This document shows, piece by piece, positions 19,568 to 39,526 of a stretch of DNA of 64,000 nucleotides. Source of the stretch: the human T2T-CHM13v2.0 reference genome, Homo sapiens; NCBI RefSeq assembly GCF_009914755.1, contig NC_060946.1. One strand, written 5' to 3'. How positions within the stretch are numbered: position 1 is the first letter of the stretch; every line of letters starts with the position of its first letter. Below the pieces are notes generated by a model. It was given only the letters and a program-made list of their open reading frames with translations. It was not told the DNA's origin and did no database searches. Both the position numbers and the translations under genes were made by a program.

Positions 19568-19833
19568 CTAAGCAAGAAATCAGGGACTTTTGAAAAGCAT
19601 GATCACAATCCCCCAACTAGAGAAGACAACATGAATTCTGTTGAAATGTACCCAGAACACAAACCATACTGGTTCTATAAAGATTTCCTTCTTGCAGCCG
19701 GTTGCAATGGCTCACGCCTGTAGTCCCAGCACTTTGGGAGGCCGAGGCGGGTGGATCACGAGGTCAGGAGTTTGAGACCAGCCCAGCCAGCATGGTGAAA
19801 CCCTGTCTCTACTAAAAATACAAAAATTAGCTA

Positions 19834-20035
<202 letters not shown>

Positions 20036-20399
20036 TTAATTACTTTTTGATAATCAGACATTGACAGTCACCAAGTTATTGAGAGACCAACTTCAATCAC
20101 AGGCAACTGTTCCTGATGATCGAATCCTCCTAAGTCATTATCACCATCACTGGGAATTCTGGATTACACAGAACTGTGAACTGAGCCCACATATTTCACA
20201 AAAAAGTCCAGCACAAGAAAAGATAAGATCGTTTCCTAGAATTTATTATACAGGATTTGACTTTTAAAAACCACTATTTCACTACAAAGATTGATGTATG
20301 GGAAAGGAGAACCTGGCAATGTGGTACTATTGAAAGGCAGAAGCTCAAAGATATCAGATACCAATCTGGTGTCTATCCAAAGACAACACTAGAATAAAA

Positions 20400-21153
20400 A
20401 AGTATAGATCATTCTTCAAAAATATTCATCCCCTCCCATTGATACTCTTTGGGAGCAGCATACTTCTCTACCCCTTGTCTTGGGCTTGGCTATGTGATGT
20501 GCTTTGGCCACTGGGATGTCAGCAGACAAGGTGCCAACAGGGTTGAAAGGTGTTTATACCATTGGGTGTGTCCTCTTGACCTTTTGCCATCACAATGAGA
20601 ATATGCTCATGCTGGTCCCAGAAAGAGGAGAGCCATGTGAACTGAGACTGTCAGGCTACGGTCAGCCTAGATGAGCCAAATCCACGTCAATCCACAAACA
20701 TGTGTTAAAAAGAAATGCTATTGATGGATGCCGAGATTTGAGGTTGTCTGTTATGCAGCTTTTATTTTTTTTTAATTATACTTTAAGTTCTAGGGGACAT
20801 GTGCACAACGTGCAGGTTTGTTACATATGTATATATGTGCCATGTCGGTTTGCTGCACCCATTAACTCATCATTTACATTAGGTAAAAGCAATGGCAACA
20901 AAAGCCAAAATAGACAAATGGGATCTAATTAAACTAAAGAGCTGTTGCACAGCAAAAGAAACTACCGTCAGAGTGAACAGGCAACGTACAGAATGGGAGA
21001 TAATTTTTACAATCTACCCATCTGACAAAGGGCTAATATCCAGAATCAACAAAGAACTTAAACAAATTTACAAGAAAAAAAATCAAACAAACCCATCAAA
21101 AAGTGGGCAAAGGATATGTTATGTAGCTTTATGTGGCAACATATTCCAGATAC
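20400..21153. mobile_element. MLT1-type MaLR LTR hosting the inverted L1
   Basis: MLT1-like motifs (cttgggcttggctatgtgatgtgctttggcca...; gttgtctgttatgcagc...gataca). Confidence 0.6.
20763..21116 (-). mobile_element. 5'-inverted (twin-primed) truncated L1PA insertion
   Basis: L1PA 3' end on minus (20763-~20884) is fused to an ORF2 fragment on plus ([17 protein letters not shown]...). TSD TGTTATG(C/T)AGCTTT at 20749-20762 and 21117-21130. Confidence 0.88.
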
Positions 21154-21202
21154 AAAGAAGGAAGAAAACCCTTAAATAGGAATTCAGCAAAGAGATACTT
21201 AC

Positions 21203-21319
21203 CAATGATACCTTTGTAGTTTGTTGGTACAATGTCTTCATTCCTAAATTTTGCTCCTTGAAGCTTCAGTCTGGTGTTTACCACCCAGAGTGGAGTTGTT
21301 AGCAACACATTAACCACTC
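21203..21319 (-). CDS. SLC25A17: SLC25A17 exon 5 ([39 protein letters not shown]), 117 nt
   Basis: Lies within ORF 21129..21407; long pyrimidine tract then ttgttaaag|GA (AAG acceptor); donor ATTG|gtaagt. Confidence 0.96.
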
Positions 21320-23211
21320 CTTTAACAAGAAAGATGGAGAGAAAAAGGGAAGGCAAAATGTCAGCTTTTAAGCTTTGCTGCTTTAAAGCTATATACCAAT
21401 ATTCCATTTATATCTCTGTCACTGACCTCTTAGGAGACCTAAGGTAAGGTGTCTCTTTGTGCCAGGGTACAACACAAGCCACTACTGTTAGAAGCGATTT
21501 GGAAGCTTTGCTGATAGCAAAATGGCTGGCGGCAGCAGCTCTCCAGATGAAGAGCAATAAGTTCCCTCATTTGTACAACAGGCAATCTATTTGTCAATTT
21601 ATATACCATTCAAAGTAGCAATTTTGATATAGCTTTAAATATAATTTTAACGTAACAGCTTTAGAGATGAGAGTGGCTTACAGCTAACATGCTAAGTCCA
21701 TGACAATATCAGATAAAACACACAATTTACAACTCTTACTTAAGTAGCTCACACGGTTTGAAGTGAGTATGGATATGGTACAATGAGTGACAGGAGGGGG
21801 AAAGGTGGTGACATTTAAAAGTGCCTTAACAGAGACTAGAAGCTCGCTGAAGAGTTCCTCCTTGCTGAGAGCATTAGGATAGGCAGGCAGCAAGCATCAG
21901 GTAAGTGTCACAAAACACCTGAAACAGCTTCACAAGCATCATGATCCTTACAAGCTTAAGGATGGGGATCTTGGCCCCCCAAGGTTGCCTCAGAGTAGAA
22001 CAATACAATGAGCCAGGTGCTTCTTTTTTGAAAACATATGATCCCAATTTAACACCATCTTGAGATATTAAAATATTCCTCACCAGTCCTGAAATGATTA
22101 AAAAAAAATACCAGATAGAATTGTAACAATGTGCCTGACACATGGTATATACTTTATAAACATTTGTTAAATAAATAGTGGAACAAATGAAGCAATGAAC
22201 AAACTCAGTAAAAAAGCACACATCCAACTGTCTGGCTCTAGTCAAGATCTGAAGAACCAAGAGAAAAAATCCTAAGGAAGAGAAGTCTTTTACTAAAATC
22301 CATTTAAAGATAATTGAAGAAATAAAGTTTTGATTTAAGGTATCTCAAAATATTATATATAGGAAATACAGTCTAACCAAGGATAAACTTGACAAAACAG
22401 CCAAGAGATTCAAATTCAATTTTTTCATTAGTTGCATACAGTTGTTAAAGATATTTTGCTGCCTATCTCTAAGGAGCATTATAAGAGCACATTTCTCAAA
22501 ATAAAAGGCATCACCTAATAATTTTATCAGTCGTATTTGTTATATTTTTATAGATTCACATAACATTAAGGAGTCATCTTTAGTTATAACTTAAAAGGCT
22601 CATACATTGTCACTGGAGGCATTGCCTATAATCTAAAAAACCCTTAGTTACAGATTCTTCCTAGTCTCATTTTTTCAAAAGCACCCATGCCCCAGAGGCC
22701 AGTATAGAGGGATATTAACACATTCCTGTTTGCCTAGATTTTAGAATGTATTCCTATTCAATGCAATGCACACTTCACTTAACAGAGAAAAACCAACAGC
22801 CAGAAAAATCAGACTAGAAAGTGCTATTGAGCAGTCTACTGCATTTGTTTTAAGAGAAAAGGAGGACAGGAGAGCTCAGGACCAGAGATCACAAGCTTCC
22901 ACAGATACCGTAGAAAGGTATAGTGCACCCACCTTTCTAAACAAGTGAAATATGTTGCCTGTTAAATAAATTCTTCAGAAATAAAAATTTTCTTCATTTA
23001 AGAGGTAGGCACATACAAAAACACTTAGGAGGCAATGCAGCTAAGATTAAGATCTAACCATTCTTTAAAATTCTGCTTTCATGCCCAGTGTGGTGGCTCA
23101 TGCCTGTAATCTTAGCACTTTGAGAGGCTGATATGGGAGGATCACTTGAGCCTAGGAGTTCAATAGCAGCCTGGGCAAAAGAGGGAGACTCCATCTCTAA
23201 AAAAAATATTA

Positions 23212-23644
<433 letters not shown>

Positions 23645-24152
23645 TAGCCAGGATGGTCTCGATCTCCTGACCTCGTGATCCGCCCGCCTCGGCCTCTCAA
23701 AGTGCTGGGATTACAGGTGTGAGCCACCGCACCCGGCCTAAAAGGATTCTTCTCAAGGACAACCTCAAGTACAAAAATGTACCACATTACTTAAATAACA
23801 GATTATAAAGTCCTTGTAAGAACATTTGGTATTTCAAAGCTTTTTATCTGAGAAGTTCAAGTACTTTTTTTCACTCTCTAAGCCAAAATAGATGGAGGAG
23901 TATTTTTTAACCAGTATAATTTTATGAGTTCTGAGAGAAGCTACTCAAAATACTTGAGAATCCGAAGCTTTACTAAAACTTGCAACCTATATCATCAAGC
24001 AAAGGTCAGCATTCCACTGAGAGAAGCATGCCACAAACCATTCGTGAGTACCAATTCCAACTCCTGACAGGCCCAAAGGATAAAGAAAATTGTCTGCTTT
24101 TTTGTAAGCCCGTGTAACTCTTCTGCCAGTTCCGGCCGGGTGCGGTTGCTCA

Positions 24153-24472
<320 letters not shown>

Positions 24473-25414
24473 CTACTTCCGCTCTAAAGTAGAAATACAA
24501 ATTAATACTTTACCTACCAAAGGGCAGAAGACTGTTTTTTTTCTAATTCTAATGTCTATAATTCTATTTTCTTTCTTTCTTTTATGTAACAAATCATTTA
24601 CAAGAAAGAATAAACCAAAATTAAGAGATGAATAACAGTAATTGAACACACTAAAATTATTCACTAAATCAAGGAACAATTAGAACACAGCTATTTACTC
24701 CTGAAATCTTGAAAACAAATAGTTTTATCAGCAGTGAGTCTCCTTTGTTACGGAGAGAAAACACAAACGAAGTAGGCTAATTGGGTATGCACTTCTGGAA
24801 AATATGTGCAATGACCATGGATATAAGAAAATGGCAAAACAAAGGCACAAATCTAACAAATCTCACTTGACTCCGTAGGAAGGAATGAAACTTTACACAC
24901 AACAGGAACAAACCTGTCTTGCCAGATTTAAGGCCAGAGGGCAGGAAATACATTTTGAACTATCACAACAATGATAATACCTTTGGCATTCAGTAAGAGT
25001 TATTGCTAAAAATTCCAATTTCATAAAAATAAGTGTCTCTTCATTTATCTGTTAAGGTTCTGTTCCCACATTATTCCCCAAGATATGAAGCTTTATAGGC
25101 TTGTTTTTCTGGGAAAATACAATAAATAATAAATTTCTAAGTTTCAAGAAGAATTTGAAGAGCAACAACGCTGTTCCTAGTTCTCCTTAGAGATGATACA
25201 ACTCATTTCTACAGTGATTATAATACTCACAGCAGGAAGAAAGCTGTTATAATTATTATAAAAATATGTACATATTAAGATATAAAAACTTGTTATGAAG
25301 AGAAGTTTAAAACTCACAAAAGTAATTTTCAAGGAACTCTCAACCTTCAGAAAAAGAGAAGACCTACAATCAGAGAATCTCACAATTAACAAAGGATTGT
25401 AAAATTCTTTAACC

Positions 25415-25580
25415 CAGAGTCTCCCAACTGTGACAGTACTAATATTTTGGGGTGGAAAATTATTTGTTGTGTGTGTATGTGGGCTCTTGTGTAGGATGAT
25501 TAGCAGTCTCCCTGGCCTCTACCCACTAGATGCCACATTTGACCCTGTGGGTCAAAATCAGCCTCAGTGGAGAACCACTA
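25415..25580. mobile_element. MER20-like DNA transposon
   Basis: cctggcctctacccactagatgcca...gagaaccact motifs. Confidence 0.7.
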
Positions 25581-25871
25581 ATCTAATCCAATCACCAAGT
25601 GATTATTCCTTTTATTCTTTACAATTTCAAAACACAGGAATTCACTTTCACACCTGTTTTATTCCATTAGCTGTTACAATTATTTATTTTATTTTATTTT
25701 GTTTTTTTGAGACATGGTCTTGCTGCAGCCTCCTACTCCTGGGCTTAAGTGATCCTCCCTCCTTAGCCTCCCAAGTAGCTGGGATTACAGGCACATGCCG
25801 GCTAATTTATTTTTAATTTTTTACCATTCCCAGCACTGAAGTTAAAATATGTAGAGACAGCTTTAACTTGA

Positions 25872-26179
<308 letters not shown>

Positions 26180-26717
26180 TGAGCCACCGCGCCCGGCCAA
26201 TGGTACCTCTTTCTAACCCTCAGTACTCTCTATCCCTTCTCTGCTTAAATTTTGTCTGTAACCTTATCCTCTAACATACTATGTATTTTCCTTGTTTATT
26301 GTCTATCTTACAATATTAGATTGTAAGCTTCATGAGGACAGAGATTTTCATTTTTTATTTACTGCCATATCCTTAGCATCTAGAACTGGATTTAGCACAT
26401 ACTAGACACCCAATATATATTTGATGAACAAACCATGATGAATAAATGGCTTGTGGGAAAGGGTATATACTTTTTCTTTATTGTCCAAGCGAACTAGGCC
26501 AGGATCACAATATATTTACTTATCCTAAAGTATACAAAAAGTCACTTTGGAATTGCTAACTCATACGTTTGCAGGGGGAGAAAACATATGTACTAAGTTT
26601 CATCTTTGTTTCTAGTTGCTTTAAGAAGGTAGATTTAATATCAATAAAAATAAATATTCTTTTTATTTTTTAAAATAAATATTCAGCTGGGAGCAGTGGC
26701 TAATACCTGTAATCCTA

Positions 26718-27635
<918 letters not shown>

Positions 27636-28208
27636 GTGGCCATTTGGGAAAAACCTAAAAGGAGGCAAAGGAGTTATCCACATGGTTACCAGGCAGAGGT
27701 CATAGCAGGTACACAGGCAGACACGTGCCAGGAGTGTTTAGGATGAAGAAGTCAGGGTGGCTGCAGCAGTGTAAATAAAGAGAATAGGATGGCCGGGTTA
27801 AACAGGCTTTGCAGGACAAGGTAAGGACTTTGGCTTTTCCTCTGAGTGAGATGGGAAGCAACTGGAAGGCTCTGAACAGAGAAATGACATGATCTCATTC
27901 ACTTTTTAAAATTTTTTTCTAAGAGACAGGGTCTCACTCTGAATGACTCCTGAATAGCTAGGACTACAAGTGCATGCCACCATGCCCTGCTAATTGGTTT
28001 TTTTTTTTTGTAGAAATGAGGTCTTGCTATGGTGCCCAGGCTGTCTTAAACTCCTGGCCTCAAGCGATTCTCTCACCTTAGCCTCCCAAACTGCTGGGAT
28101 TATTGACATGAGCCACTGTACCCAGCCCTCATTCATGTTTTAACATGATCACACTGGCTGCTGTGCTGAATACAGACTGAAGGAGACTAAGGAGAAAGTG
28201 ACAGATCA

Positions 28209-28928
<720 letters not shown>

Positions 28929-29877
28929 TTGAATTCTGGGTATCATAAGAAGAAAGGTTTGCTCATGGATTGGAGGTGGGGTCAGAGAGAAGAAGATATA
29001 TTCAAGATTTTTGGTGGAGCAACTGGAAGACCAGGGCTGCCATTTAGTAAAATGGAGAAGACTCCAGGAGGAGCAGTATTTTAAATTTAATTCATTCACT
29101 CAACGTTTAATAAGTACCTTCTATGTACTAGGCAGTGTGCTAAGACACTGGGGATGTGGAAATAACAAAAATGTAATCTCTGCCTTTAAGGAGCTTACTG
29201 TCTAGCAAAAGATGAAGAAGAATATGCAGACTTATTGTTAGACAATAAACACTAAGACAGAGGTAGATGCCATGTTGGAGCACATAGAAAGGGCACCTAA
29301 CCCAGAATAAAACCTAGGGGTGGTGGGTACAGGAAACAAGGAAAGATTCCTGAAGAAGAGGTAGCTGAGAATAAAGGGATGAATGGGAGTTAATAAGATG
29401 AAATAAGCAGTAAGACTGTTGTCAGACAGACCACAGTTGCTGTAGAGGAATGGGGTTACTACATGGCTTGGTACAGTCAAAGACTCACAGATTGGCATGG
29501 AAGTACACCCATACCATAATGCTTTCCCTACAGTAACAGATGCAACTGGCATAAGCAGATTTGAGAATAAACAGTTCACTCTTGGTAAGCGTAAAACTCA
29601 GTTACTAGAAGTGGAAGAGCACAGGCATCCTAGCGAGTAGCCTACCTGTTACAAGGGCTGAGCGTGCTGTGGTGTCTGCAGTCAAGATCAGTAAAGATCA
29701 AGCTTGAGGTAATTTGTATCACAGCAGATAAGATATGTCAGGCTTTTATCCTATAAAAGTATACCAGCAGGAGTCTGGTATACTGAAGGTGCCAAGCTGC
29801 ATGCAAGGAACAGATACTGAAAGCTTTTAAGCAGGGATAAAACAGACTTAGAGTTTCAGAATAGCAGTTCTTGACAG

Positions 29878-31937
<2,060 letters not shown>

Positions 31938-32237
31938 TGATACACCCGCCTCAGCCTCTCAAAGTGCTGGGATTACAGGCGTGAGCCACCGCGCCTGGTC
32001 TAAAATTTATTTTTTATAGAGATGGGGTCTTGCTATGTTGCCCAGGCTGGTCTCAAACTGCGGGCTCAAGTGATCCTCCTGCCTTGACCTCCCAAACTGC
32101 TGGGATTACAGGGGTGAGCCACCACACCTGGCCTTGGACCATTTTCTGACAAGACAACAGATGATGCTCACAGTCAACACAGACCCGTAGACTCTCCTAT
32201 GTGTCAACTGTAATCCTACCCCCTTCTCACACACTCA

Positions 32238-32569
<332 letters not shown>

Positions 32570-33469
32570 TTAAAGTTAAAATACAACAATTAAGGTTAGT
32601 AGGCTATTTATTATATGTGTTACTTTAACTGACTTTTTAAAATTGAGCCCTGAAAAAAAAAAGAAAAAAATTGTTCATGAGCCCTGAAAAAAAAATTTTA
32701 GACAAGTGGAAAAAAGTAAAAAATGAAAGCTAACTGCCCTACTATACCAGTCCAGCTGTGTTAGGTATGGGGGAGTCTGCTGTAATCCTAAATTGCACTA
32801 AGAGTTAGAAAGATGAACAGGACAGAGAGAGTAACACAGGGGTGGTATATATCTGGTGGGTAATGGGATGGCAGACACAGCAAATAAACCGCTTTGGACA
32901 ATTTAAAAAGCAAAAGATTTCAACATATAGTCCATGAATTAGAAGTTTCATGGAAAGTTATATGAGTTAGTCCCTGTAAGTTATAATCTTTCAAATGCAA
33001 ATACATATAAACTAATCTAAAATGATTAAAATCAAAGTATTACAAATAACTGGTCTCAAGTATAGAAGATCCCACTAGATTGCCATTTGTTGTAATTTAT
33101 GTAAAAAACAAGTCTTTTTCTGTACAGGAACTATTCTAATTTTTTTCCCCAAGTGAACAAATCTCAAACTTGAGTTCTTTGAGTCGTGATACTCTTTGAA
33201 AACTACTCTCCTAGAAAGGCTGCAAAACTGTGCAAAGTGGGTTCATGAGGAAGACCTCAAAGGGAAGATCAGACTATAGTGCAATAGTCCAGGTGAGCAA
33301 TGATAAGGTTTGATTTGGGGAAATGGCTATGGATATGGAGAAGAGGAAATGGATCCAAGAGACAGTGAGGAGACAGACCAGTGGTTCTTGATGGCCAAGC
33401 AGATGTGGAGGGTGGGAAGGCACGAAGAGCCTGTGATGACTCCTAGACTTCTATCCTGAGTTATTTATC

Positions 33470-33710
33470 CAAAATTCAACTTCTCTCCCCTTCTCTCTAA
33501 GCACATGGCTGGTTCCTCTGGCCACCAGCCTCCATCCTGAAGCTATCTAGGAGCCCACCAATAGTAACTTTATTAGCCTAAACTCAGAGATAGTTCAAAG
33601 GGGCTCATTAGGAATAACAAAAGATACTACTACTCAGGAAATTCCAATGGTTTTAGGAACTGTGCCAGGAACCAGGGACAAAGGCCACATACATTTTTTA
33701 TTATACCACA
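33470..33710. mobile_element. MER21-like LTR fragment (a second fragment in opposite orientation at ~52219-52420)
   Basis: ccatcctgaagctatctagg...ggaaattcca...ccaggaaccagggacaaag...ttataccaca. Confidence 0.6.
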
Positions 33711-34595
33711 TACAGACATCCTACAACTTCAGAGCAAAAAAATGTAATAACCTGATTAAAAAATAGACAAAGAACCAGAACAGACATTTCTGCAAAGATA
33801 ATATACAAATGGCCAACAAACATATGAAAAGTGATGTTCAGCATCACTAATCATCAGAGAAATGCAAATCAAAGCCACAGTGAGATATCACCTCATACCC
33901 ATTAGGATGGCTACTATCATAAAACAGAAAGTAAGTGTTAGTGAGGATGTGGAAATATGGGAACTTCTGTGTACTGTTGGTGGGATTATAAATGTTACAG
34001 TGTTATGGAAAACAGTATGGAGGTTCCCGAGAAAACTGAACAGAATTCCAAATGATCCAGCAATCCCACTTCTGGGTATATATCCAGAAGAATGGAAAGC
34101 AGGCTCTCAAAGAGAGAGCTACACATCCATTTTCATAGCACTATTCACAACAGCCAAAAGATGGAAGCAACTTAAGTGCCTATTAACAGATGAATGGATA
34201 AACAGAATGTGATATATACATATAATGGAATATTATTCAGTCATAAAAAAGTAAGGAAGTCATGTCACATGCTGTATGGCATGGATGAAAGTAGAAGACA
34301 TTATACTAAGTGAAGTAAGCCAGTCACAAAAAAAACAAGTAGTGTATGATTCGACTTATATCAAGTATCTAAAGTAGTCAAATTCTTAGAAACCGAAAGT
34401 AGAATGGTGGTTACTAAGGGGCTCAGGGAAAGGGAAAAGGAGTTTAATGAGAATAGAATCAGGTCTGCAATATGCAAAAGTACTGGAGATTTGTTTCATA
34501 ACATTGTGAACATGTTTAACACTACTGACCTTACACTTAAAATTAACATGGTAAATTTTATGTCACGTTTTTTAACACAATTAAAAAAAAAAAAA
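33710..34595 (+). mobile_element. L1M 3' fragment in intron 4
   Basis: ORF 33862..34212 resembles the L1 ORF2 C-terminus (MQIKATVRYHLIPIRMA...DPAIPLLGIYP); L1 3'UTR with A-tail. Confidence 0.88.
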
Positions 34596-34714
34596 CCAAG
34601 TTGGAAAACTGGCTATATTCTTTGTAAGCATTACTTTGGGCTAAATAACCTCTTAGAGGATATAAAACCACAAGGTAAATATAAAAACATTTTATACCCA
34701 GAAAACCTTGTTAC

Positions 34715-34866
34715 CTGCAACAAACCCAACTACCAGATCTTTTCCAGTGGTAGAATGTTGACCTTTGACCCAGAGTGCTTTGAGGCTATTAAAAGTGTAG
34801 AAATAGACAAAATTGGAGCAGCAGAGACTGGAAATCACTGGAAACCACCCTCGATATGGTGCCAGG
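34715..34866 (-). CDS. SLC25A17: SLC25A17 exon 4 ([50 protein letters not shown]), 152 nt
   Basis: Lies within ORF 34692..34883; acceptor tttttcccctag|C, donor GCAG|gtaaca. Confidence 0.97.
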
Positions 34867-35821
34867 CTAGGGGAAAAACACAATAAGCAAAGTAAAGGTC
34901 ATGGACAAATTAGAAATTGGCAGAGAAATCCTAGGAAAGGCTGACCATCATTCACATGGTCTCAAGCTTCACTCCTACACGAATACAAGGGACTCCAAAC
35001 TGTACACACACCTCACATTCTGAAGGATGTCCAAATCAAGAAATCTATTCTAGCACTAATGATACCAAAGAAACAACACAAAGTCTGATTGATTTATTAA
35101 TTCCCTCCCTTAATTTTCTTTAGTAACATTGGTATATAAAATTAGAGACAACTTCCTCATGGCTGTTAGTTAATAGAGTACCATTCATGTTTTATTACAG
35201 GGCAAGAACAGTTAAAATGAAGTAATTATAGGAAATAAGTATCAAAAAAAAAAAAGATGGGGGAATTCACAAGGGCACAGGAGCTCACAGGAGCTCCTAC
35301 AGGCCAAATCTGGGGCAATTTGAATACCAAAATAATGAAGTACAGTAATCAATTGTAAACCATTGAAAAATAGACATTTCTGAGCCTATACCAATAATAA
35401 GTAGATAAATAAATGAAGGAGAAGGGGAGGTCCTGCTTATAGCAGAATGCCAACATTGGTACCTGTAGAGGCAATGCTGGAGTTGGAAAGTCGTCATTTT
35501 GCAACTTCGTGGTAAATTTAGGGGAAAAATGTTGATAAAGCACAGGATATTTGTATTGTTTTGAAGTATCTCCACATAGACTGCTTATAGTTGCAAGGGA
35601 AGAAAAAAGTAATTGCACAGTGGCTAAATCAAATTTAAGAAATCATAATTAGCCAACCAAAGGCAGGCAGACAATATGTGAGTCAAGATGTGATATCTTG
35701 AGAAGGACACAATATCACCTGTGCATTATTCAGGCCAATAATGTATAACCTCAATGGAATCATGAGGAAATGTGAGGCAAACTTAAAAATGAGAAACTTT
35801 CTATTTTCTTTTTTTTTTTGA

Positions 35822-35980
<159 letters not shown>

Positions 35981-36696
35981 TAGTAAAGACGGGGTTTCTC
36001 CATGTTGGTCAGGCTGTCTCGAACTCCTGACCTCAGGTGATCCGCCTGCCTCGGCCTCCCAAAGTGCTAGGATTACAGGCGGACTGTATTGTTTAAAAGT
36101 GTCAGTGTCATGGGGCTAAAAGGCTTTGATGTATGTAACTTACTCTCAAATAATTCAGAGGAAATTTGTGTGTGGTGTGTGTAAGGAGAGAAGGGAGGTG
36201 GGAGAGAGACAGCATGAGCAAAAATAGTAAAACAAACAGGAAAAGATGTTAACAGATGAATCTGGGTAAAGCATATACTTGTCTTCTTTGTACTAAGTTT
36301 AGTTTTGCAAATTTTTGTAAATTTAAAATTATTTCCAATAAAAAGCTAAAACAAGAAGTACATAATCTGTCTTAATGCACCTGACAGGAATGAACTAAAC
36401 AACTATTATTTTTTTTTCAGTTTACTGTATATAAAACAATGCATTTTAGTTTCATGGAAGACTCCATGATCAAGAATCAAATGGCTTAAGGTAAGCATTG
36501 TACAAAAATAAATAAAAAGAATCAAATGCCTCACTACAGATCTTTAAGAAACTGAAAACAATTATGTACTTATAAATCAGGCAATTCCAAATTCACAACA
36601 TTAGAGTGCTGTGAGAAAGATAGAAAGTAAGCATAACTCTACTGGAAGCACAGGAATCTCCTAACAAGTTGCTTTAACGAAGGTGAACTGAGGTAG

Positions 36697-37252
<556 letters not shown>

Positions 37253-37444
37253 TAAACTAAATCCTTTGAGGATTATAATTGTTAACATCAGCAAGTTTCA
37301 CTGAAATGCCATTTACCTCACCTTTGAGCTCCCTAGGTTGCCCCAGAACTAAATGATGCCCCTGTGTGACCATGTGCTAAATTCCCACTGCAGATCCCTT
37401 GCCCTTCATCTGTTACTCATGAACCATAAAGCAGTCTAATTTAA

Positions 37445-37708
<264 letters not shown>

Positions 37709-37917
37709 TGACCTCGTGATCCACCCGTCTTGGCCTCCCAAAGTGCTGGGATTACAGGCGTGAGCCACCACGCCCAGCCTAATTTATTTCTTATATTTCA
37801 TAAATTTCATAAAGCTCTCTTGTTTTATTCAATTAATGTATATATTTTCTCATTTTAGCATCTTATAAAGCAGAGAGGAAATAAATTACTATCTACCTTT
37901 TACAGGAGAGGCTATAG

Positions 37918-38294
<377 letters not shown>

Positions 38295-39473
38295 TAAAGG
38301 GTTTTAGCCTTGCGTCTGTCTCCTAATCTAAAAAATAAAGTCTCAAAAGGACAAGGACTGTGTTTTTCCTGGCATTCTCACTGAAAACAAAACTCACCTC
38401 AATTAACTTCAAATTTCCTACCCATACCTGAAAAGTAATTTTAGAACATAAAATATGCAAATTAACCAATTTCCTAAGAATTAAAATTGGTACCAGTATG
38501 GCTTGTGGGATGGCAAACTGGCAAACTCCTATAGAAGGCAATCTGAGGCTGGGCATGGTGGCTCACGCCTGTAATCCCAGCACTTTGGGAGGCTGAGGTG
38601 GGTGGATCACCTGAGGTCAGGAGTTCGAGATCAGCCTGGCCAACGTGGCGAAACCCCATCTCTACTAAAAATACAAAAATTAGCTGGGCATGGTGGCACA
38701 TGCCTGTAATCCCAGCTACTCGGGAGGCTGAGACAGGAGAATCACGTGAATCCAGGCCGAGATTGTGCCACTGCACTCCAACCTGGGTGAGAGAGACTCT
38801 GTCTCAAAAAAAAAAAAAAAAGAAGGCAATCTGGCAATAACCATCAAAATTACAAATACAATTACCCTTTAATGCAGTAATCCTATATCTGGGAATTTAT
38901 CCCATAGAATTCACAGAAACAACATGGCATAGGAACAAATCTATTCTTACATCATTTCTGTAATAACAAAAGGGTGGAAACAACCCCAGAATCTACAACA
39001 GGGGAAGGGTGATACAGGTTATGGTGCATTCACACCATGGAATGGAACACTCCACGGCTGTAAGACAGACGAAGACGCTCCCAATGCGCTGATTCAGAAG
39101 GCATCTAAAACATACTGTTAAGTGAAAAGTTCAAAGTACAGGACAGCATGTAAAGTATGCTTTTTGTGTAAAAAAGGGAGAGAAAAAAAAGTAAAAAAGG
39201 GAGAAAATTAAGACTATATATTCTTATTCGCTTGTTATTCCATAAAGAAAGTCTGCAAGGCTACTCAAGAAACTGATAAACATGCTACCTGCAGTGAAGA
39301 GGAAAGGGAGACAGGGCAGACTAAGAGTGAGCATTTTCACTGCACTGTATACCTTTTTATATATTTTGCCTGTTGAATCATGTAAAATTATTTATCCAAA
39401 AACTATAAAATTACCCAAAAATAGTAGGCATAAAGGGTTTAACCTTTGAATTACTATTGAAAGCTAATCTTAC

Positions 39474-39526
39474 TCATCTCTTCATGCAAGTTCTGGCATA
39501 GGTTTACAATTTCAACTTGAACAAAT
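39474..39526 (-). other. SLC25A17: Candidate 53-nt alternative cassette exon in intron 2
   Basis: Acceptor tgttttttcctcag|ATT and donor TGA|gtaaga. It has an in-frame TAA after exon 2 and ends in ATG-A, which is in frame with exon 3. Confidence 0.7.

Noticed and set aside
29640-29700. Possible additional cassette exon (minus-strand donor CAG|gtaggc at ~29645)
   Set aside because: No convincing partner acceptor found by eye.
33862-34886. ORFs 33862..34212 and 34404..34886 (also 20892..21179 and 45720..45926)
   Set aside because: These are L1 ORF2/3'UTR remnants; the second ORF merely runs antisense across exon 4.
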